34,761 nucleotides of DNA, taken from positions 1-34,761 of the forward strand of contig JBDGQL010000146.1 in assembly GCA_042219105.1 (NCBI GenBank). Reading direction: 5' to 3'. A program made the translations under genes and the position numbers. Positions 27,079 to 32,556 of the stretch are shown here, piece after piece (the first letter of the stretch is position 1; each line of letters starts with the position of its first letter). Under the pieces are notes generated by a model that was not told the DNA's origin, made no database searches, and was given only the letters and a program-made list of their open reading frames with translations. This DNA is from Halobacteriales archaeon (GTDB lineage: Archaea; Halobacteriota; Halobacteria; Halobacteriales; Hikarchaeaceae).

Positions 27079-27483
27079 TCACGGCGCTGCTGTACCGACG
27101 CTATCCTCCGGTCCAGCGAACGGAATATCGATTTCGAGACCATCGTAGGCTAAGACCGGCTTTTTCGCTCGCCCGGAACCGCCACCTTCGAACTCGATGA
27201 CGCCGATGTCTTCGAGTTCGGAGAGGTTCCTGTGAACCTGCTTGTAGTCCCGCTCCACCAGTTCGGCTGCGTCTCGAATACTCTCCGGTTCCGACTCGAA
27301 GACCGCCTCCAAGAGTTCGAGGTTCTTCTGGCTCAGAAGACGGCTGAGTTCCGCGTACGACCCGAAGTTCAGCACTGGCTGGGCGTCATCGAGTTCTTTT
27401 CCTTCCTGAGCGGCCTTGATACGGCGACGCGTCCGCTGGTCGATCCGGTCGCGTTCTCCGACGGTAACTTTGAGCGTGGGCAT
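27079..27483 (-). CDS. HVO_A0114-like HTH DNA-binding protein, putative antitoxin partner of the TumE-like protein
   Basis: 134 aa. MPTLKVTV...LNFGSYAELSRLLSQKNLELLEAVFESEPESIRDAAELVERDYKQVHRNLSELEDIGVIEFEGGG..KKPVLAYD.LEIDIP is the architecture I recall for the haloarchaeal HVO_A0114 family. An aggag motif lies 8-12 nt upstream of the ATG, and the gene starts 22 nt downstream of the preceding gene. Confidence 0.7.
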   Translation of the reverse strand: MPTLKVTVGERDRIDQRTRRRIKAAQEGKELDDAQPVLNFGSYAELSRLLSQKNLELLEAVFESEPESIRDAAELVERDYKQVHRNLSELEDIGVIEFEGGGSGRAKKPVLAYDGLEIDIPFAGPEDSVGTAAP

Positions 27484-27505
27484 TGTAGTTTCTCCTGGTG
27501 ACGTC

Positions 27506-27811
27506 CTACTCCGGCCAGTCCCACGAGACGGGGGTCAGTTCCTCGACCTCTCGCTTGAACCGGTCGTAGAGCGTGAGCATTCCCGGAAACTCGATGGTCT
27601 CGACATCGGTTCGGGTGTGACGCTCGTGACCGTTCGTCATTTCGTGGGCATTGTCGTATCGGAGGAGGGTATCACCGCCGACCTCTCCGAGGTGGAGACT
27701 GTAGCCCCATCCACTCGGGTACTGGTCGTCCTTCGTCCCACGGATGGTAACGTCAACGACGTAGCCGCCCTCGACATCCTGCCAATCTGCGACCGTCGTG
27801 TAGGACGCCAT
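27506..27811 (-). CDS. TumE-family (DUF6516-like) putative toxin
   Basis: 101 aa. The His-rich core LLRYDNAHEMTNGHERHTRTDVE resembles the DUF6516/TumE signature (RYDNAH...H.H). Lies immediately upstream of the HTH gene on the same strand. Confidence 0.6.
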   Translation of the reverse strand: MASYTTVADWQDVEGGYVVDVTIRGTKDDQYPSGWGYSLHLGEVGGDTLLRYDNAHEMTNGHERHTRTDVETIEFPGMLTLYDRFKREVEELTPVSWDWPE

Positions 27812-27818
27812 CCGTTGT

Positions 27819-27840
27819 CCTATGTTATTTGCTCCATAGG
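27819..27840. promoter_or_regulatory. Candidate operator palindrome CCTATG-N10-CATAGG in the tumE-like promoter
   Basis: Perfect 6-bp arms at 27819-27824 and 27835-27840, located 8-29 nt upstream of ATG 27811. Half-site-like copies also occur at about 27863 (catagggc) and about 27953 (tcctatggggg). Confidence 0.35.
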
Positions 27841-28207
27841 GTTAAGTTTATGGACCAGATCACATAGGGCGTTCTTACAGGTGCCACTGGAAGTACACTA
27901 TACCCTCATGATCCCGAGGGTGAATCAGATGGTCGTCATGTTCAGCCATGATTCCTATGGGGGACCTCGGTAGTAGATTATATCGGGAGTCATTGAACGG
28001 TTACCACACCAGTAACAATTGTGGGCCTAAACGGTAGATACAGACGAGTCAGTTAGCACAGCGATCAGAAACGGAGTTGCTAACACGAGATCTTTATTCA
28101 GACGAGTCCCCCTCAAGCTCAAACGACCGGATTGGTACGTAGAGGTACGGGAAACTTCGATTGTAGGACGTATTCCCGAGATCCACCGGAGAAACCCTAG
28201 ATAGACA

Positions 28208-29023
28208 CTACTGTATTAGTCGTGTAATCGAGTCACTGATGAGCTGTGGGTCGATTTGGAGGAGTTGCGCTGCGTTCTCGAATATGGTTTCGTCTACCGC
28301 ATCCTCCATCCGACTCAAGTCAGATTTCGAAACGTACTCCAGTGCGTCTGTTTTCATCTCACCGTAGTCTTTGACGTACCAGAGAAGGGCATGAAGATCA
28401 GAGACATCCTTCACCCGCTTGTGGCTCTTATCCCGATCTGGAAGCGACCGAATCTTCATCGCTGCCAACAATACTGGTGGGACAATTAGCTTCTGGCTGG
28501 ATGGTGACCACGAAACATATTCAGATAATGGTTCGCCCCTGTCGTCCTCAAACACCGGTGCAAGCAGGGATTCTGCTGGCGGCTTGAACCCGAACGCCTC
28601 CCGGAACCCCTCTAACTCTGTGGTATCCGGAATTACGTCAACGTAGACCTAGAACACCTCGTGCATCCCATGTTTCCTGGCCTCGTCTTCACTGATACGC
28701 TCTTGGCTGTCCCGGAGAAAGTTCTGAGCAAACCCAAACCGGGCTTTCGTGTATCCCAGGTCCTCGATTGCCGAGATGGATGTCCCAACCGGAGTCCCAG
28801 GGAGTTCTTCATCGCTCCAGTCGGAGTCCACATGGACGCCGATATCGATGTCACGCGACCCGATGTACTCCCGACTATGCTCGGAGTGAAATCCGGGGTT
28901 GACGTGGAGATGGACTGCCCAGCCACCGAGCAAGCAGATAGGTGGCTCAGCAGCCCCAAACACTGCCTGAAGCTCCTGCTCGGACAGCGCTGTTACCTGC
29001 GGGACATAGTACTGTCTCACCAC
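28208..29023 (-). pseudogene. AbiEii-like nucleotidyltransferase (putative type IV toxin) interrupted by a single in-frame TAG
   Basis: ORFs 28649..29023 and 28208..28555 are in the same frame (29023 and 28555 are both 1 mod 3). The only stop between them is TAG at 28649-28651, and translation continues ...KHGMHEVF*VYVDVIPDTTELEGFREAFGFKPPAESLLAPVFEDDRGEP... The N-terminal part carries the NTase motif LLGGWAVHLH...GSRDIDIGV. Confidence 0.7.
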
Positions 29024-29631
29024 TGTTGCTCACCGTGATATGGATCAATGAGTTTCTCTGCGGCCTCCTCACACGGTCCGCCCTCCGCAAGCAGATCCAG
29101 AATCAACTGCGGGACGGATACGGTCGAGAACCCATCGACACGCTGTTGATTATAGAATACGTGGTCGTCCAGAACCCTGATCCGGGTATTCCCACCCCCC
29201 AGTAATCCCTTCTCCTCAACGGTTTCAAGCCAGTTACTGATGTCCTCGGAGGAAATGTAGAAGTCAGTGCTGGAGGCGAAGAGGAACCCTTGGTGGAGGT
29301 TTTCTGCTTGGTACGTCGTTAACGCATACTCTAAGTCGGTTTCTGCTAACAGGTCCATCGGTTGCTGGAGTGATATTGCCAGTTGATTCGGCTCAATCCG
29401 TTGGTCCAACCAGACTCGGTACAGATCAGCAGCACCGACAACCTCGGTTCCCTCGATCAGTCCCATTTCTTCGAGTTTCTCCGTGTATTGCCGCGTCCAC
29501 GGTTCGGATGCGTCTGCTAGCTGCGCCAGCCGGTACTTCGTCAGATCATTTCCGGTGTGGTTCAACAGGACGCGAATAATCCGCTCCTTGGTGAAGCCAC
29601 GTTCACGATTGGGCTGCTCCAGCAACGCCAT
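29017..29631 (-). CDS. AbiEi-like wHTH protein, putative antitoxin/regulator
   Basis: 204 aa from ATG 29629-29631 (MALLEQPNRERGFTKERIIRVLLNH...). A TATA box ttatatacc (29655-29663) lies about 28 nt upstream. Its stop overlaps the NTase start by 7 nt. Assignment rests on the N-terminal wHTH-like region, the size and the gene order; it is by context more than by motif. Confidence 0.5.
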   Translation of the reverse strand: MALLEQPNRERGFTKERIIRVLLNHTGNDLTKYRLAQLADASEPWTRQYTEKLEEMGLIEGTEVVGAADLYRVWLDQRIEPNQLAISLQQPMDLLAETDLEYALTTYQAENLHQGFLFASSTDFYISSEDISNWLETVEEKGLLGGGNTRIRVLDDHVFYNQQRVDGFSTVSVPQLILDLLAEGGPCEEAAEKLIDPYHGEQQW

Positions 29632-30166
29632 GATACATTGGTTAACGCGAGTACTTATATACCTAACCAACGCATTGGCTATCCGCCTTACTTAAATACT
29701 CAACCACAGAATCACGAAGTCCGCCGGTGGAGTAGTAAAATAGGGCCAAGACATCTACTCCATATGAATGCATACCCACCGCCCTATTCACTGAATCCCT
29801 TGGTGGAATCAACTTCACGTGACTGGTTCGATGACAGTCGGGATTATAGCCAGTATTATTTTCCGTAATGATAACAAAATTATCACAACTCACCATCGAT
29901 GCGCCAGATGTTTAGATAATGATAAAAACTTGTTCGAACATCTGGACGTAGCACCGAAATTGAATTCTTAGATTTGTATAACAAATCGATATAGCCGCAA
30001 TCGGCACTATAGGTACTGACAGTTTCAAAACGATCGCCGCTAAGTACTCTAATGACCGACTCGCTATTTTTCCTCACGCTCGCCGCCAAAGATGTGGCGG
30101 ACTCATCGGGGACCCAGCCCACTGATCCAATCAAGCCTCCACAGGCGTCGTTCACCGTTTCATCTG

Positions 30167-30248
30167 ATAATGTCTGTTGTAGCTGTTTACCGGTGATCGC
30201 CACCCCCGGTGGCGGCGAGCACCGGTAAGAGACTACAACAGACATTAT
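30167..30248. mobile_element. MITE-like hairpin element, family A (A2)
   Basis: 100% identical to 10898..10979. Confidence 0.85.
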
Positions 30249-30259
30249 GAGACGTCGTA

Positions 30260-30342
30260 TATACGGGTCGACAGAAGTCCTGATAGATATTCGCCGGGTA
30301 CGGTGGAGGCTAATTCTATCAACAGTTCTGTCGACCCGTATA
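30260..30342. mobile_element. MITE-like element, family C (C1)
   Basis: 83 bp, 17-bp terminal inverted repeat tatacgggtcgacagaa...ttctgtcgacccgtata. Identical to 30605..30687. Confidence 0.8.
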
Positions 30343-30370
30343 CCTCGGCCACTCGTCAGAACGACCCCTG

Positions 30371-30452
30371 ATAATGTCTGTTGTAGTCTCTTACCGGTGC
30401 TCGCCGCCACCGGGGGTGGCGATCACCGGTAAACAGCTACAACAGACATTAT
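30371..30452. mobile_element. MITE-like hairpin element, family A (A3, inverted)
   Basis: Exact reverse complement of A1 and A2. Confidence 0.85.
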
Positions 30453-30518
30453 AAGTTCGTGGAGGAATTCGCCAACCCGGGGTGGCGAATCTCTCCATCG
30501 AGTCACAGCCGACAGTAT
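30453..30518. mobile_element. MITE-like element, family B (B2, left terminus missing)
   Basis: aagttcgtggaggaattcgccaacccggggtggcgaatctctccatcgagtcacagccgacagtat is about 90% identical to B1. The first 14 nt (atactgtcggctgt) are replaced by element A3. Confidence 0.75.
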
Positions 30519-30604
30519 CAGTTACCGCCGCTCTGAACCGATCGATGTCAGCTCGCGTTAGATAAGTATCCACTTCTGGTTGGAGCCGACCGAAGTCACT
30601 TACA

Positions 30605-30687
30605 TATACGGGTCGACAGAAGTCCTGATAGATATTCGCCGGGTACGGTGGAGGCTAATTCTATCAACAGTTCTGTCGACCCGTATA
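30605..30687. mobile_element. MITE-like element, family C (C2)
   Basis: Identical to C1, same orientation, 345 bp away. Confidence 0.8.
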
Positions 30688-30828
30688 CTCAACCGACGGC
30701 TGACCTCCACGGGCGACGAACAGTAACTCAAGTTAGACCCGGCCATGCTCGCTTCCACGATACTCACTCAAAAACAGTGTATCACACGTAGTTAACAACA
30801 TATTGATGTTAGAGCGTCTGACACATAC

Positions 30829-30950
30829 GCGCCCTCAGGAGGGCGCAGTAAAAAGGGGGGTCCTTAGGAATCTGATACTGATTTTCTGGCAGTACAGACT
30901 CTCTTACCCGCACTCATATAGCGAACCCCCCTTTCTCCAGCGCTCTCGCG
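30829..30950. other. Candidate origin-recognition-box-like inverted pair with G-strings
   Basis: gcgcagtaaaaaggggggt (+, G6 at 30855-30860) and the reverse complement of 30923-30950, gcgctggagaaaggggggt (C6 at 30926-30931), face each other across about 65 bp of lower-GC DNA. This resembles the haloarchaeal ORB plus G-string layout as I recall it. An orc1/cdc6 remnant lies about 500 bp away. Confidence 0.3.
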
Positions 30951-31333
30951 CCCTGCATCCACCACTCCGCTCATGATGGTATACGTAAGTGATTTCGAAC
31001 GAGTGACACAGACAGAGGATTCACTCACCGCTCGCTTCGCTCGCGGTTCGTTCATCCTGACCGCCACGAAGGGGCGTGATCTACCACTCGCGCTCTGGCG
31101 GGCCGTCCGGCCCGCCGCCGCGCTCGCTCGTCATTCTGGGTGTACAGAGGGGCGCGTCAGCGACGCGCCCCAGACACATCGGAGGCTTCCTTCAGGAATT
31201 GCGAGCGACCGGAGGGAGCGAGCAATTCGCGCGTTGTATATATCACTCCGATAGTGATGATCTGCTTAGGTGATTTTCCGGTGAGTGACACATAGCGAGC
31301 GTGAATCTAGCAGAGCGGCAGATACAATCGTTC

Positions 31334-31446
31334 TATACACCCGGACGTGATTTGCTTGAGCCGTGCCGTCACAAACCCAGGGTATCACGAGCCGAACGTA
31401 TTGATCTGGTGTCGTGGCGCTTAACAGAGTCACGTCCGGGTGTATA
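31334..31446. mobile_element. MITE-like element, family E (E2, intact termini)
   Basis: 113 bp, 17-bp terminal inverted repeat tatacacccggacgtga...tcacgtccgggtgtata. Reverse-complement homologue of 1709..1821. Confidence 0.85.
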
Positions 31447-32316
31447 TCAACTTCGGTGTCACCCGGCAAGACAGTTTTAATCAGGCATGGGCTCAACTGA
31501 CTGTGCGACGCAACCGACGTCAGCACGGCCCGCGTCCGCTGCTTGGGGCTGACCCCCGGCGACACTCTTCGCTCGATCCTCGGTGATCTCGGGCATGACC
31601 CGCCCGGAAACCAGCCCGTCGATGAACTGCGTTGGATCCTCCAGGACACCATCGATGGGCCACTCGTCGTCGTGCTCGACGAAGCAGACGGGATCGCGAA
31701 GAACGATGCGCTCGATCACTTGGTTCGGATTCGCCAGCTCGCACTCGTCGTGATCACGCACGAGCCCGAGCGGTGGTTGTCAGATGTACCCGGTCCCGTC
31801 CGCGACAGGCTTGTCGGGAAGGGATCGACTCGACTCCGCCTCGAGCGCTACGGGACTCGGGAACTCACGGACATCCTCGAGCGCCGGGCCGATCTCGGGC
31901 TGCGACCCGAGAGTGTTCGTCGCGAGCAACTCCGGGCGATTGCCGGCGAATCTGTAGGGGTCGCTCGGGATGCGATCCAGACGCTCCGGGCGGCTGCAGA
32001 GAACGCCGAGGAGCGCGGCCACGGTCGTATTCTGGATGACGATGTCGAGGACGCCTACGAGCGCGCCCGACACCGGATCCGAGAAGCCAATCTCCGATCG
32101 CTCCCGTACCACCATCAGGTCCTGTACGCGCTCGTCCAGGAGGCCGGGTCGATTCCGGGGGCAGACCTGCACGCGCGGTACGATGCCGTCGCCGATGATG
32201 TGTATCGAGACACCCGATGGACGCCGATCGGACGACGCGCGCGACGGAATGAACTCAGAAAGCTCACGGAGTATGATCTAATCGAGATCGAGGGCGATGG
32301 CTCCGGGCGATCGTAG
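31447..32316 (+). pseudogene. orc1/cdc6-family initiator, truncated at the 5-prime end by a MITE and carrying an in-frame TGA
   Basis: Walker B LVVVLDEADGI, sensor-1-like ALVVITHE, LRLERYGTRELTDILERRADLGL, GVARDAIQTLRAAAENAEERG, and a C-terminal winged helix (LPYHHQVLYALV...RRNELRKLTEYDLIEIEG). In the same frame upstream the sequence reads STSVSPGKTVLIRHGLN-TGA(31498)-LCDATDVSTARVRC. A P-loop remnant (GKT) therefore lies directly after the MITE, and everything N-terminal to it is missing. Confidence 0.75.
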
Positions 32317-32527
32317 TAGTTGGCCGCCCCGCCAGCCCGAATCCGATCCCGAAGATCGTTGATTCGCTCCCGTTTACTCATCCGTGCCACAGTACTACAG
32401 TCAGACAAGATTTAACCATTTGGCTAGAATCCCGGCCTAGGCTGTTAACTTTTACTCCAGATATAATTATAAACATCTTGATGAAACGAGAGAACCGCGG
32501 AATCCAGTTCTACCGTGCGGTTCGATG

Positions 32528-32555
32528 AAAAAACGCGCCGGGGGTTCCGGAGCCG
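32528..32555 (-). terminator. Putative terminator of the surface-protein gene
   Basis: On the minus strand, immediately after the TGA stop: ggctccggaacccccggcgcg followed by TTTTTT (plus-strand A-run 32528-32533). Oligo-T tracts act as archaeal terminators. Confidence 0.45.
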
Positions 32556-32556
32556 A

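Noticed and set aside
29883-30410. The 175-aa ORF (and 30391..30573, 60 aa) as real protein genes.
   Set aside because: Most of their length is a translation of MITE copies A2, C1, A3 and B2 (for example SVVVSYRCSPPPGVAITGKQLQQTL is the hairpin element itself). Only the MITE-free tails are retained as possible gene remnants.
30167-30687. A CRISPR array, considered because identical short repeats of about 82 bp recur at short spacing.
   Set aside because: The repeats are far longer than CRISPR repeats. They belong to three different families, occur in both orientations with irregular spacing (11, 28, 0 and 86 bp), also occur singly 20 kb away, and no cas genes or leader are present.
32115-32408. 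A minus-strand ORF starting MSKRERINDLRDRIRAGGAANYY, downstream of and antisense to orc1/cdc6.
   Set aside because: Two-thirds of it is antisense to the clearly homologous orc1/cdc6 frame, no motif was recognised, and the likely explanation is a GC-driven open frame. The first roughly 25 codons outside the overlap are not enough to call a gene.
32428-32437. A 10-nt match (aatcccggcc) to the T-arm/acceptor junction of tRNA-Gly, considered as a possible att-site boundary of the 27-32.5 kb islet.
   Set aside because: The match is only 10 nt with no extension. The tRNA is 20 kb away on the other side of an essential operon, and a match of that length is not far from chance expectation in a GC-rich 35-kb window.
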